Below, piece after piece: positions 26,306 through 40,009 of a stretch of 64,000 nucleotides of DNA. The first letter of the stretch is position 1, and each line of letters starts with the position of its first letter. Source of the DNA: Octopus sinensis (Eukaryota); the NCBI RefSeq assembly GCF_006345805.1, contig NC_043007.1:67828001-67892000 (forward strand). Direction: 5' to 3'. The notes beneath the pieces are model-generated. The model did no database searches, was not told the origin of the DNA, and was given only the letters and a program-made list of their open reading frames with translations. The translations under genes were made by a program, and so were the position numbers.

Positions 26306-28672
26306 TGTAGTGGAAATGGTACACCCACTTCCCACGGGACAAGTGGTATGATCAGCCACTATAAGGTGAGACGACATCAACCAGTATAGGGAGTCATGTG
26401 TCAGTATTTTCTGTTCCAGTTCATCATTTTTGATCCCTGTTAGACGTGAGTCGCATTGTTAATTACGAGTCGAAGGTCTCCCGTAAGGGTGAACCTAATT
26501 GCTTAATTATTAAACCTCATTATTAAATCGTTGAATTGTTAGTTGCTGTTTTTTTATTACATGTGAGTTTATAATTGTTTTCTTCCCTATTTATGGCTGA
26601 AGTAGTTAAAAAAGGAAGGATGGGAAGCGAACCAGTCCCAGCTGGCAGTTATGCTTCAGCCACTGGAAGAAGTTTAACTGGAGATATGTTACAGGTATGA
26701 GAGGTGAAGATGGAGAAAAAGAAGCTAAAGGAGTTCAACAGACTTATCGAAAAGGAGGGAACCAGTTTGAGGTTGACCCCGCCACAAGATTTGACAGCGA
26801 GTGTAACTTCGTGGACAGTAGTATATAGAACAGTGTCCACGGCAACGAAAAGAATTGAAATAGCTACTGTGGAAACCATAAAGGAGTGTTTAAAGGGGGT
26901 AAAAAGCCTCACATCATTATAAATCAGAGGGGAAAATACGGCACAGTGGAGGTAAGGTTCGCAAAGGAACAAGACGCGATAAACCGCTCCACTGTGGCGC
27001 TATGGACACCAGAGTGGGTACTTCTGCCGACTTACTGTGGCAAACGAGTGGCCGGATAAGGATAGGTAGAGTACCCACGGAGACTGAGGAGGCGTGGCTG
27101 GTGGGAGCCATTATGTATAACATAGAGCAGGAAGCGAAAGTTTTAAAAGTAACGAGAACGAAAGAGGTAAACTGATGGGGATACGGCCTCGAGGTGGCGG
27201 TTCAGGCCAGTTTGCAGGACTTGCACAAGATAGCGGAGGAGGTGATACTGCCGGAGGAAGTGAGATTAAGAGTAGTGGTGGAGGGAAGACCTCCAACCTG
27301 TTACCAGTGTGGAGTGAGGGGATTCATGAGAATAAGGTGTCTCCAGAATGACGAGAAAGGTGAATAGGAACAGAAGCAACAGGGTGACGAGCAGGAGCAA
27401 AATGACGAAGTGGCGACACAGCGAGAGAGAAGTGTCCAGAGAAGGTGGAGGAGGAATATACGGTGGTAAATAGGAAAAAGAAAAGGAAGGAAAACGTGGA
27501 CTCACTGCCAAAGAGTCCACTAAAGAAAAGGAAGGAAAATAAACAGGAAAGGACACAGCAGGAGATTCCAACAATATCAAGGGAAGCCAACGTGGAAAAT
27601 CAAGTGGACATGCAGGAACAAGTAAGAAAAAAAAAAAGAATCCAAAAAGAAATGGCATATGGTGACATATTCGAAAAACACGGAATTTGAAAAGAGAATA
27701 ACCAAAATGAAGTCGGTAGTGAGAGTGAAGCTAACAACGGAATATTATCCAAAGAACACCAAGGCAATTGTAAATGACGAAGAGAGATGTGCAAGACTGA
27801 GAGAATTGTTTGGAAATAAGATAGACCCAGCAGAAGTGCGCGTGGAGTTCGATGAATTGCCACCAGTGATAGATTATGAGGACCTAACACCTTACATAAA
27901 ATGGTGAAAAAAAGTAAATGTTTGGAATTTCAATGACTATAAAACTGATACAAAAAGGAAAACAAAAGAGAAAAAAGAAAAATGATATAAAAACGTTTAA
28001 CTAAAACATTTAAAAAGGTACTGCTTGCGAGTGGAGAGCATGCAGCCATTTCTCCTCCATTATTATAATTCATCCTTCATTCGTTCGTTCTGTGTTTTTT
28101 GTTCCCACTGTGGGGTTCTGTTTGTCCTTCTGAATGCTCAAAAAAAGAACGATATAAAAAGAAAGAAAGAGAGAGCGTAAGAACGATTTATTTAAGTGTA
28201 TAATTTAACTGTTAGATAGTACTGCTTGAGAGTGGGGCTCAATGTAGCTATTCCATCATCATTAATTTTATCATTTTTATATACATCTTCATTTTTCATT
28301 CGTTTTATTTTTTTGTCCCCACTGTATTGTTCTGTCTGTCCTTGTGCTGTCCCCTCTATATTAAGGCCTGGGTGCCAAATAAAGAAAAGGAGTCGTGTGT
28401 CAGCCGTTGTACGAGTTCTCAGTTGGAGTTAAGTGCCAGTTACGTGTTATAGTCGAGTTAAAGTCACAGTCAAGGTAGACGGTTCAAGTTCGGTGTCTTG
28501 CAGAGCTATCAGCGATAGCACGGTAGACGAAGCTGTGTATTACCATTCCTGTATAGAAGAGATACACTATATCCAATAATAAGTAAATATCGTGGCTACT
28601 AACGTTGATACAACAGTTACAGTCGCAACAGTGCTTACACATTATAACTGTGGAAAACACCACATCATAACA
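26306..28672 (+). mobile_element. Gypsy 3' LTR (~368 bp reconstituted: 26306-26404 plus 28404-28672) split by an insertion
   Basis: TGT start right after the PPT, ACA end at 28670-28672; the halves join across a duplicated 15-mer. Confidence 0.75.
26405..28388 (+). mobile_element. ORF1-only non-autonomous L1/Tx1-type retroelement (HAL1-like) with 15-bp TSD
   Basis: TSD GGAGTC(A/G)TGTGTCAG at 26390-26404 and 28389-28403. Disrupted ORF1 26704-27907 with VEVRF..RIGRVP RRM-like segment and EGRPPTCYQCGVRGFMRIRC zinc knuckle. No EN/RT; tail CCAAATAAAGAAAA. Confidence 0.8.
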
Positions 28673-28733
<61 letters not shown>

Positions 28734-28767
28734 CATCCATCTATCTATCTGTCTATCTATCTATCTA

Positions 28768-28821
<54 letters not shown>

Positions 28822-28868
28822 GTCTGTCTGTCTATCTGTCTGTCTGTCTGTCTGCCTGTCTGTCTGTC
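28673..28868. repeat. (CTAT)n/(CTGT)n microsatellite
   Basis: Direct reading. Confidence 0.95.
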
Positions 28869-29617
28869 TTGTTGGTACTGAAAAGTTCAGTATCTCATAC
28901 ACACATACATATAAACATACACAAACACGCGCACATATTTAAGTGTGTGTACGTGCATGTATATATTTGCATGTATACGTGTGCTTGTGTGCGGGCATGT
29001 TAATGTGTGATATAAAATCGATAGCTATTTATTATTCTTCGGCTAGTTCTGGTAAGTCAAACAAATATCTAGCTTCTAAAGTAGTTCACTCCAATTTGCA
29101 ATACGTCTTGTTTCTCATTTGCAAAGAACTATTGTATTTCTTTGAAGCCGAACTGTTATTCCATTCACGTCTAATAAATGTCTAGATTTTAATGAAACCT
29201 GGATTAATGATTGTTAATAAATGACAATCTCTCATATTCTTCCTTATTTCTTTTCTTTGTTTCTTTGATGAAGTAGTTCTCTAGCCTGAAATTGCTTTCT
29301 TCTTTTTCAGCGTATTTTTCCGCCTCAGTGCACGGCACGCTAATATTCATGTAACATCAATGTACACCAAACGATGTATCATTCCGCCTGTCATTGGAGC
29401 TACACCCTAAGGCGGAGACTTCGAGAGCGTAGTCGATTGTCAGGACGAGAAAGAAGAAAGATAGGGAGAGAGAGAGAGAGGTGGCGGGGGGAATATTCCC
29501 TTCAAAATGTTTGGCCTTGTGTTTATGCTAGATTCATTAATAATTTAGAGGCTTATATCCCTTTGTATATGTCTCATCACAGGAGTTGACTTTGCCTTTC
29601 ATACTTCCAGTCAAGTC

Positions 29618-29667
<50 letters not shown>

Positions 29668-29707
29668 ACATCGATAAAACAGAGTTTGTGTGTGTGTGTG
29701 TGTGTGG

Positions 29708-30960
29708 TGCGTATGTTCGTTATCAATTCGAAAACTAAGTTGCCGATTTTGACGTATGAGGTATCAAAAGATTCAGTAATCTTTCGGCTACCAAATAAAG
29801 TATGTTTTTTTTGCCCAACACTTTTTTACTACAAAATAACCTCGAAAGCGAGGTTGGATCGCACAATTTTGAGGTCATTTTCGGGCAATATTTGGATTTG
29901 CTTCTAATCTACGTTGTCAATTTTAATGCTTTTGGTGTAAAAAATGCAGTAATGTATAAGGAGTGTTATGAGTGTATTTGGTATGCACAGAACCTTATTT
30001 GTCGACGGAAAATGACAAAAAATGCTTTTTTGGCACAATTATTGACGCATTTTCCGTACCACCCACTTGCACTTTTTTCTCCAAAATTTCTTCGGATTTC
30101 AATGTTTTCGATATAGGAGAATACGATTTTGCCCAAAAATCATGTTTTCAAGATGTTAATTTCCCCCTCCCCTACCCCATTTCTTAATTTTTAACTTTTT
30201 ACGATTTTTTTAATTAACGTAGAAAAATAGACAATCTGGGAAATTTTTTAAAAATTTTAATTTTCCTTTCAGAAACATTCAATACTTCTTCTCCCACCTC
30301 GCCCACCCATCACCTCCCCGCTTTCAAAAAGCTAAAAACTCTGAATGTTTCACTTTCGTTTGATGTTTCACGCATGCGTAGAATTCTACTGAAATAGCAG
30401 ACGTCAAACTACCAGACGACTACCAGAAAAACCCGACATGCTGGAATCAACATTAAACGAACAAAAAAGCTAAAAGTGAAACATTCGGAGTTTTTAGTTT
30501 TTTAAAAGTGGGGAGGTGATGGGTGGAGGTTGGGAAAGGGAATTTTAGTGTTTTTCTCTGACACAAATACGCAAGATTTGATAGTGGAAAGTTTTAGAAT
30601 TAGGGGTGGGGTAAAGTATAAAAAAATTCTATTGGATAATCGTATTAATTCCATTGTGAAAACCAAGAATAAAAAAGAAAAATCGAAAAATAGTGGGACA
30701 GTTTTGGAATTAGCGGGGTAGGGGGAATATTAAAAAAAAGTTTATTGGATAATCGTATTAATTCTATTATGCAGAAGACAGAATCGAAAACATTTTGTGA
30801 AGATTCTTAAAAATAAAATAAGTTATGAGGGGTTTTAGTAAGTGCTTCGATCAGTAATTCGCCAAAAAGTCATTTCAATTGAAGTTGAGCTGTAATTTTG
30901 TGCGTGCACACAATAAGAAATAACATAATTCGTACTGGAGTTTTATCTAGTGCGTGTGTG
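29708..30960. mobile_element. Non-coding DNA-element-like repeat with internal ~65-bp inverted repeat (30294-30358 / 30474-30537)
   Basis: CCACCCATCACCTCCCC(G/A)CTTT..AACTC(T/C)GAATGTTTCACTTT is present in both orientations; modules are shared with the 22-24 kb fragments. Confidence 0.55.
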
Positions 30961-31024
30961 CGTGTGTAAAAGGAGTTATTTTTACATACCTTTCCCTCAC
31001 AAAAAAAAACTTGATCAATACTTT

Positions 31025-31670
31025 CAAAATATGTACACATGAATATTGTATTAAGATAAGTTATCGTTACCGACTATGTAATTGATATATAATTGATATA
31101 ACTGATAGCAAAGTGTGTATAAGATGGAATTAAATCCAGGTTTAGTCACAGATCGATCAAGTTAGTAAAGTTTTAACATTTTTTTGACAACATAGTGTCT
31201 CAATACATTCTAATGAAGAAGTGAAAGAAAGAGATTATGTCACTCTCTCTTTTGAAAAAGAAATTAATTCTGGTGTTGATAGAAAAACAGAAAAACTAGA
31301 AGCAGTCAAATGGAGGGGGGGGGGACATGTTTTATGGGCAAAATCTTAATCTCCGTTATCGAAAACAGAAATCCGAAGAAATGTTTGAAAAGAAGAAAAA
31401 AAAAAGTGATGCGCAAATATCAAAAATTAATTTCTCTTCCAAAGAGAGAGTGACATTATCTATTTCTTTCACTATTTCATTAGAATGTATCAAGATATTA
31501 TGTTGTCACAAAAATGTTAAAACTTTACTAGCTTGATCGATCTGTGACTAAACCTGGATTCAATTTCATTTTATACTCACTTTGCTATCAATTATATAGA
31601 TAATTGCAAGCATGGTCTGTAGAGATAACTTATTTTAATACAATATTTATGTGTTCATTTTCATAAATGT
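31025..31670. mobile_element. MITE-like element with ~250-bp inverted arms
   Basis: 31030-31270 versus 31425-31665 are reverse complements at roughly 80 percent identity (e.g. ATCCAGGTTTAGTCACAGATCGATCAAG). Confidence 0.65.
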
Positions 31671-31794
31671 TTCTCTTGGGCGATCAGCTCTACAAATACC
31701 ACACATAATTTTGGAAACATTGTTCAAGTTTTTCTTATTTTGGAATTAAGAAAGGTAAGTAAAAATAACTTCTTTTGCACACACACACACATAA

Positions 31795-32110
31795 GACTCC
31801 GCCGGTTACGACGACGAGGGTCCCAGCTGATACGATCAACGGAACAGCTTGCTCGTGAAATTAACGTGCAAATGGCTGAGCATTCCACAGACACGTGTAC
31901 CCTTAACGTAGTTCTCGGGGATAATCAGCGTGACACAGAGAGTGACAAGGCTGACCCATTGAAATACAAGTACAACTCATTTTTGCCAGCTGAGTGGACT
32001 GGAGCAACGTGAAATAAAGTGTCTTGCTCAAGGACACAACGCGTCGCCGGGAATCGAACTCACAACCTTACGATCATGAGCCGAATGCCCTAACCACTAA
32101 GCCACGCGCC
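31795..32110 (-). mobile_element. tRNA-derived SINE family C, full length
   Basis: A box TGGCTTAGTGG, B box GAGTTCGATTCC, body CCTTGAGCAAGACACTTTA..; almost identical to 43445-43760. Confidence 0.9.
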
Positions 32111-32114
32111 ATCA

Positions 32115-32163
<49 letters not shown>

Positions 32164-32171
32164 CACACTAT

Positions 32172-32345
32172 ATATATATATATACGACGGGCTTCTTTTA
32201 GTTTCTGTCTACCAAATCCACTGACAAGGCTTTGGTCGGCCCGAGACTATAGTAGAAGACAATTACCTAAGTTGTAACACAGTGGGTCTGAACCCGGAAC
32301 CATGTGGTTGGGAAGGAAGCTTCTTACCACACAGCCACGCCTACG
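32172..32345 (-). mobile_element. CORE-type SINE family B, 5' half
   Basis: GTGGCTGTGTGGTAAG..GGGTTCAGACCCACTG..TCTTCTACTATAGTCTCGGGCCGACC. Confidence 0.8.
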
Positions 32346-32576
32346 CATGTGTGTATATTTTATATATCTAGCTCAAACAGTTTTATTTGTTTATTTGCAT
32401 CATTATTTCCATATCGACTCACCTGCATTCCTCTTATAACCATTCTTTATCCCACAGGCTTAATCCTCAGTAAAAGATTTCGAACTGGAAGTTCAATTCA
32501 CTTCAGCAATACTGAGTGTTTTCTATATTGGCCATCTCTGGATTTCATCTGTTAACTCTACATACAAACATTCATG

Positions 32577-32724
32577 AATTCAAATTCCGCCGAGGTCGAC
32601 TTTGCCTTTCATCCTTTCGAGATCGATTAAATAAGTACCAGTTATGCGCTGAGGATCGATGTAATCGACTTAATCCCTTTGTCCTTGTTTGTCTCCTCTA
32701 TGTTTAGCCCACTGTGGGCAATAG

Positions 32725-32729
<5 letters not shown>
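32577..32729 (+). mobile_element. SINE family A, 5'-truncated, Tx1-like tail
   Basis: TTCAAATTCCGCCGAGGTCGAC..TTTAGCCCACTGTGGGCAATAGATAAAT. Confidence 0.85.
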
Positions 32730-32808
<79 letters not shown>

Positions 32809-33129
32809 TATATATGTATATATACATGTATACATATATGTATATATATATATATATGTATATATATATGCATATATATATATATGCATATATATATACA
32901 CATTCATATATATATATATTATATATATATGCATTTATATATATATATATAATATAATATATATATATATATATATATACATACTTACATGCATGCACGC
33001 ACGCACACACACACACGCACACATATCAATACTATTCTTGTTAAAGAATAATATTTATGTATTCTTGAGTTATCCAGTTATCCTTCAATTTAATTTTAAT
33101 TGTTTTTATTATATAAAAACAAACGTTAA

Positions 33130-33223
<94 letters not shown>

Positions 33224-33301
33224 AATATATCTATGCATGCATGTATGTGTGTCTGTGGGTGTGTATGTCTGTATATATGTATACACACACACACACACAC
33301 A

Positions 33302-33374
<73 letters not shown>

Positions 33375-34055
33375 CATACATATATACATATATATATTTA
33401 TCTCTATATATATACATATATATATATCTGTATAAGTAAATCAAAAATAAAAACACGAAACACACATAGATACATATACATATACATACACATGTTCGTA
33501 CACATACATACATACATACATACATACATACATTCATACATACATACATACATACATACATACATACATACATACATACATACATACATACAAGCATACA
33601 TATATGCACGCACACATGCATACATATATATGTACATACACGTATACATACATTGACTGCTAACTAAAATATTGAACTCAAATATGAATAAAATTTTCGG
33701 TTGACAGAAATGACTATTGATTGTAATAGCTGACTTACTGTAACCATATAATATTCTTTTTTTAAATATTGGACTAATTTTTGTTGTTGCTATTATGGTG
33801 TGATCCAAAGCAGACAAATAACTCAAGCTTAAATTTAATTCTGTATATATTGAATTTTATTTTTATGATAAATTGAATCTTATTTAATTTGCTTGAGTCT
33901 TGAATGCTGCAGTAAACATCATAATTTGAAAAAATACTGCATTAAATTCAAGCTCCAGTGATTTGGCTGGTCTGGATCTCACCATATTAAAAAAATATAT
34001 AAAAGCTTCATATTAAAAACTTTATTATGAAGTTGAAGTCAGCTGTTATATATAA

Positions 34056-35583
34056 CACAGGGGGAACAATTTTGGACATATATATTCTGCTGAGTTTGCT
34101 TTTTCACTTGATTTAGACTATAATTAGTATGCTGATTTCAAAACTACAGTCAGTTTTTTCCATCAAGTAAGGTTTTCTTTATGGTTAAGTATTTGAAATA
34201 GTCGCTCTCTTAGTGTTTCAACGCATGTTTTACAAACTATATATAGGGTGCCCAAACTCCCCAGTTTCATGCTAAGTAAGTAAGGTAAGCTTTCTTCACA
34301 AAATACAGGATTTTGTTTCGGCTTAGGTAAAGCATAACATTCACAAATATAGCAGAAGACATCGGAGCTGTTTTTTGCATTTTCTTCTCTCACATCTAGC
34401 CATATTGTTGAAATACAAAACATATATTCAAGTCAGTTGTCACTTGGGAAAAGCATTTTGAGAATTGCCAACAGTTATAAAGTAAGCAAATGCAGATATG
34501 TGACGGCAAAGTTCCATAAAGAGATTACGTATCATGAAGTTATTTCTATAGCTCTTTGACCATGCTTGACAAAAATGAAATCTTGACCCATGTGAACTCA
34601 CAATTAAAGCATTCAGGGTGCATTCAAAATAGCAATTTTCGTAAGAAATAGTTAAAGGTTCGACAAAGCATGTCTCACCTGGTTTGCAATGATAGTGACG
34701 CTAAATCAAACACAGCGTAGGCATTTCTGCAGACGAATTTTACAAATATGACACATATATGATGTCAAAGATCGCAGAAATGTGTTGGCCGTGTGGTAAG
34801 TAGCTTGCTTACGAACCGCATGGCACCGGGTTCAGTCCCACTGCGTGGCACCTTGGGCAAGTGTCTTCTACTATAGCCTCGGGCCGACCAAAGCCTTGTG
34901 AGTGGATTTGGTAGACAGAAACTGAAAGAAGCCCGTCGTATATATAGATATATATGTATATGTATGTGTGTGTATATGTTTGTGTGTCTGTGTTTGCCCC
35001 CCCCTCAACATCGCTTGACAACCGATGCTGGTGTGTTTACGTCCTCGTAACTTAGCGGTTCGGCAAAAGAAACCGATAGAATAAGTGCTAGGCTTACAAA
35101 GAATAAGTCCTGGGTTCGATTTGCTCGACTTAACACGGTGCTCCAGCATGGCCACAGTCAAATGACTGAAACAAGTAAAAGAGTATCTATTCGTATAAAG
35201 GACATTCCCGTCATCATCATGACGTTAAAACTGGTTAGATTGAAAATAGTGAAAATTGCTCAAGTTTGATGCGTTTTATTTACTGTAGACACTTAAATCA
35301 CAGCCTTTTTTTTTACCCCTTTGTAGTTGCATTTACTTTAAATGATATGGAAAAACTATGTTTTTTAAGTTATGTGAAGCTCTATACATGGGTCTGCATT
35401 TGATGAAGCCAAATCTATCCTTAGAAATAGTAGCAATACCGGAAATATTGAAAAATTGACATTTGAGTTTGTGAAAAATCTTGACGTGATAGAGAAAAAT
35501 AGCTTCATTTTAAAAACCAACTCCCCAAAATTACTAGGAAACATGTCTCCAACACTAGACAACAAAAACCAAGTTCCCCAGTG
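34056..35583 (-). mobile_element. Chapaev3-like (CMC superfamily) DNA transposon deletion derivative with 3-bp TAA TSD
   Basis: TAA|CACAGGGGGAAC..GTTCCCCAGTG|TAA termini and subterminal inverted repeats. Minus-strand N-terminal zinc finger remnant KNSSDVFCYICEC..FVKKAY..MKLG..IVCKTCVETLR at 34403-34200. Family name is from recall of the motif. Confidence 0.7.
34782..35184 (+). mobile_element. CORE-type SINE family B, full length, nested in the Chapaev3-like element
   Basis: tRNA-like head, core CACCTTGGGCAAGTGTCTT, internal (TA/TG)n, tail CGGTGCTCCAGCATGGCCACAGTCAAATGACTGAAACAAGTAAAAGAG. Confidence 0.9.
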
Positions 35584-35800
35584 TAATCAATAATGATTTC
35601 TGTGAAGCGAGAATTTTATTCATATTTGAGTGGCATATGGATTGTATGTATGTATGTATGTATGCATGTATGTATGTATGCATGTCTGTATGTGTATGTA
35701 TGTATGCATGTATGTATGTATTTATGTATGTATGTATGTATGTATGTATGTATGTATGCATGTCTGTATGTGTATGTATGTATGCATGTATGTATGTATT

Positions 35801-35834
<34 letters not shown>

Positions 35835-36286
35835 TGTATGTATGTATGTATGCATGTAATTAAGTACGTTTATATGTATCTATGTATGAGTGTGTATGTA
35901 TGTATGTTTGTGTCTATGTATGTGTATATGTGTGTATTCTTGTGTGCGTGTATATATATAATCTCAAACTAACTGTGTGCTGTGTTCTTGGGCAAAACAC
36001 TGCATTTCATGTTCAAGTCCATGCAGCTGTAAATGGGTAACCCCACGACGGGCTAACTTTCTGATCAGGGAGAATGTTGGTCAGCTTGCTTAGCGAGCGG
36101 GGTGGCATACCTCCGAAGTTAAAACGATATTTCGAAAGCTAAACGCATTGTGAATAGCGATGTATAACAACATCTGATGGTCTGGTCGATATCGTGATAT
36201 AAACATATACATGAATACATATCTATAAATATATATGTGCGTATATATATATACACGCACGTATGTATATTTGTGTGTATATGTAT

Positions 36287-36356
<70 letters not shown>

Positions 36357-36559
36357 TATATATCCACATATATATCTATAAATACATACATAATTATGCA
36401 TATATATGTACAAATATATATGCATATATATTCATACATATGTTCATACTTACATCCATCCATCCATCCATCCATACATACATACATACATACATACATA
36501 CATACATACATACATACACACATACATACATACATACATACATATACATACATACATAT

Positions 36560-36592
<33 letters not shown>

Positions 36593-36742
36593 CCCCAAAT
36601 ATTTTATTTACAACGCAAACATCATTAAGATCTATTATTACAAATAGAAAATGCTTGGCTGTATTTTGACTTTTTCGTTCGAAGAACTCATTATTCTTTG
36701 ACTTAGACCGTTGTCTAAGTGGAAGGTGAAGCTGTCGTATAT

Positions 36743-36942
36743 CGGTTTCAAAGTATGCCCAAGGGGAGGGATTAATCAATTTACGTCGACCTCAGTACTC
36801 AACATGTACTTATTTTATCAACCCCTAAAAGGCGAAAGTCAAAGTCGGCCTCGGCAGAATTTGAACTCAGAGCGTAAAGACATACGAAATGCCGCTAAGC
36901 ATCTTGTCCGGTGTGCTAACGATTCTGCCAGCTCGCTGCCTT
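36743..36942 (-). mobile_element. SINE family A copy
   Basis: GCGAGCTGGCAGAATCGTTAGCAC..CTGAGTTCAAATTC on the minus strand. Confidence 0.8.
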
Positions 36943-37794
36943 CTCTGGCTCATATGTAGTCACTAGAACTTTGCTGTTTACCTGGCTTCGACAACTAGTT
37001 TTCGTTGGCTCAATCCACCGAGATGTAAATATTTACATCTGAAGGCTTTGACAACGGTAAGAAGTTTGTTTCTTGACTACATGGTCTCGTTTCCAGTTCT
37101 ACTGCTTGAAACATTTGGCAAGAATCTTCTGCTTCAAAGTCTCGAATTTCTTTACTTGAGGAGTGTGCTTACGTGAATTGAAACCAGCTTTATTTGCTGA
37201 TGTGCAAGTCGTTACTTCCCAAAAAAGTTGACTTTCCCAGCGCATCTGCTTAATTACAATCTCTGTCTTTCAAAGAGTGCTGCTGTCCCTTTCAGTTTAA
37301 ATCCACCCACGATTCCTCAGAATAAAACTGTTTCCTGTAGTTGTAATCTCCTTAATAGTTTCCAATGTAATCAACTCACAGGTGAATGATTAACAGTATT
37401 TGTCTGAGATAGTCATCTCGGTGTGGTTGTATTATCTTCTTACATTACATCACCTCCATCCCAAACGAAAAAACAAAGATGCTTTTATGCTTCACTAATA
37501 ACTTGTAACTATGGATTTTTTTTCTTTTGCGGGTTAAATTTGTCGCATCCTGAATGAAGTTAGAAAATTATCTGTATAAAAATAGATCTGAAAGGAAATT
37601 AACTGATTTCTCCACGTATAAATAAGGTAGTCATATCCAAATATTTTGTCTTTGCGATACAACAGTTTTAGTAATCGTTATACAAAAGTCGCGCATCACC
37701 CTGATCTCGAGAAATGCCATTTATATGAGATACGATAATCTCTTATTATATTTAAGTAACGTTCATTATCACAAGATTATTTACCCATAAAAAA

Positions 37795-38130
37795 AAGGTT
37801 AGGGTTTCCGCTCATATTCATTAAATTTCTGAAAACGAAACCAAAGTTTATTTTGTACATTATTCAAGGCTTCAGTGTCAATCTTTGCACATTGAACTTT
37901 TATGTTTTCTTTTAATTCTTTAACACTTCTCGAACAATCTGTATAACCAACAGACTTAAAATGCTCCCATAGGAAAAAGTCAAGGGGAGTTAGGTCTGGG
38001 GACCTCGGAGGCCAAGACACAGGACCTCGTCTGCCAATCCATGGTTTGGACAAATTAACATTTAAAAAATTCTGACATGGTGCTAAAATAAAAATAATCA
38101 TCATTTTATGAATATTTATCACATTTTTTT
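37795..38130 (-). mobile_element. Tc1/mariner DD41D-like transposase C-terminal fragment
   Basis: WIGRRGPVSWPPRSPDLTPLDFFLW..SVKELKENIKVQCAKID. Confidence 0.85.
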
Positions 38131-39909
38131 ATGCGCCCTTTTTCAAGCCTAGCCAGGCTCATGGGCCCGATTTCCCGGTTGCTATGGCGTATGTGTTCCC
38201 CACGAGCTCGACGAGACGCCAGTCCATCGCAGCGTTACTCAAGAAACAGGAAGAAAGAGTGAGAGTACAACAGGGGTCGCCACCACCCGCTTCCGGATCC
38301 TTGTGGAGCTTTAGGCGTTTTCGCTCAATAAACACACACAACGCCCGGTCTGGGAATCGAAACCGCGATCCTCCGACCGCGAGTCCGCTGCCCTAACCAC
38401 TGGGCTATTGCGCCTCTACTTTAGCACATTTACTTACAAAGCATAGCAAATATGAAGATAGCATGAAAAAGTTTTATTTCACTGGTGCGACTTTTGTGTC
38501 CCACTGTATATAAAACACCAGACGTAATTGTTTGATTGTTGTTTATTATTAAATTTCAATAGCAAACAAATGTGACGTCACAATTTGTTTCTTGAGCGAA
38601 CATAAATATTATATAGATTAAAAAATTGCATATGATCGTTTTTACATAATTTGCACATTGGACATTGGAAGAAAGGATATACTAAACAATCAAGTCTCAA
38701 CGGAAAAACAGAAACCGCAAAAATTACTAAATTCGTCTTGAAGATATCTATTATTCTGCGACTGTCTATGTTGTGTAATGTTGTAACTATGGGACGAGAT
38801 GGAAAACATAATCTATTAGACAGATAGATAATTTTAATGCAATTGACTGCTAAACAATAGAACAAAATCCCAAACTGTCTCTTATAGACAATATATATAA
38901 TATAGATATTATACAGATATAAATAATATAGACATAATGCCCATATTATAAATCTATTATATCATATTATTTTATGAAGAAACATTTAAAATCAAGTATG
39001 GCACATACATATATCTATATACACATATGCATCTCCACATATATTATATATATATGTAAGCACACACAAGTATGTAAATGTATGTGTGAATGTGTGTGCT
39101 TTCCTTTATCCTTCTACAGGTTTCAGTCATCGGATGGTGGTCATGCTGGAGCACTGTCTTCAGAGACTTAGTCGATTACATCGATTCTGGTTATTATTTT
39201 CAAGTTTGGTATTTATGTTATCAATCTCTATGAGTTGATTCACTAATCTGTCTGTCTGCCCGTCCGTCTGTCTGGCCATCTGTCTATGTATTTATGTATG
39301 TATGTATGTATGTATGTATGTATGTATGTATGTATGTATGTATGTATGTATGTATGTATCTATCTATCTATCTATCTGTCGGCCTGTCTTTCTGTCTATC
39401 TCTTTCTCTATGTATGTATCTATATATATGTATGTATATATATAAAGAGAAAACAACTTCTTTTAAATCTCTGAGCGAGAGATATGTCATAACACTACTG
39501 AACAGTGTAGTTTATTTGCCAACATAATGTGGCAGCCCTATACAAGGACGATGTTACTGTTTTTTAAGCCCCAGGAAAACATTTTTTCCTGTTGGCTACC
39601 GACAGATGGTTTGTATCCATATAGTATATCCAAGGGAGGTCATCGCTGTCATCTCTAGCCTTATGTGATACTCTCAGACCTAGGTTTCTGGGTAGTTCCT
39701 CAGTGTGAGACAATCACAAACCAAAACATTGTGAATGTATTTGGTTGACCGAAATTGAAAGAAGCTACTCATGATGCAATCCTAAAATACTAAGGCATTA
39801 GCTGTTAATATAATCTCATGCGTTACTAAAAATTAAATGATGATGTTGATAGAAAGCAAACAGATGACAACTCATAAAGAATAAAATAATGTTGTTCTTA
39901 TTCAACAGA

Positions 39910-40009
<100 letters not shown>

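Noticed and set aside
29040-29310. Possible Penelope GIY-YIG C-terminus (FEAELL..KPGL) followed by TTGATGA..CCTGAAA
   Set aside because: Both the peptide similarity and the ribozyme helices are too decayed to support.
32417-32570. Perfect CAG|GTGAGT donor on the minus strand
   Set aside because: The upstream sequence has stops in all frames and no convincing acceptor.
38530-38685. Alternative phase-0 partner exon (..QCANYV..), and another at about 24960-25068, for the 58183 donor
   Set aside because: Weak acceptors, repeat-like context and wrong Cys count; the 50591 exon is closer, has a strong acceptor and completes six cysteines.
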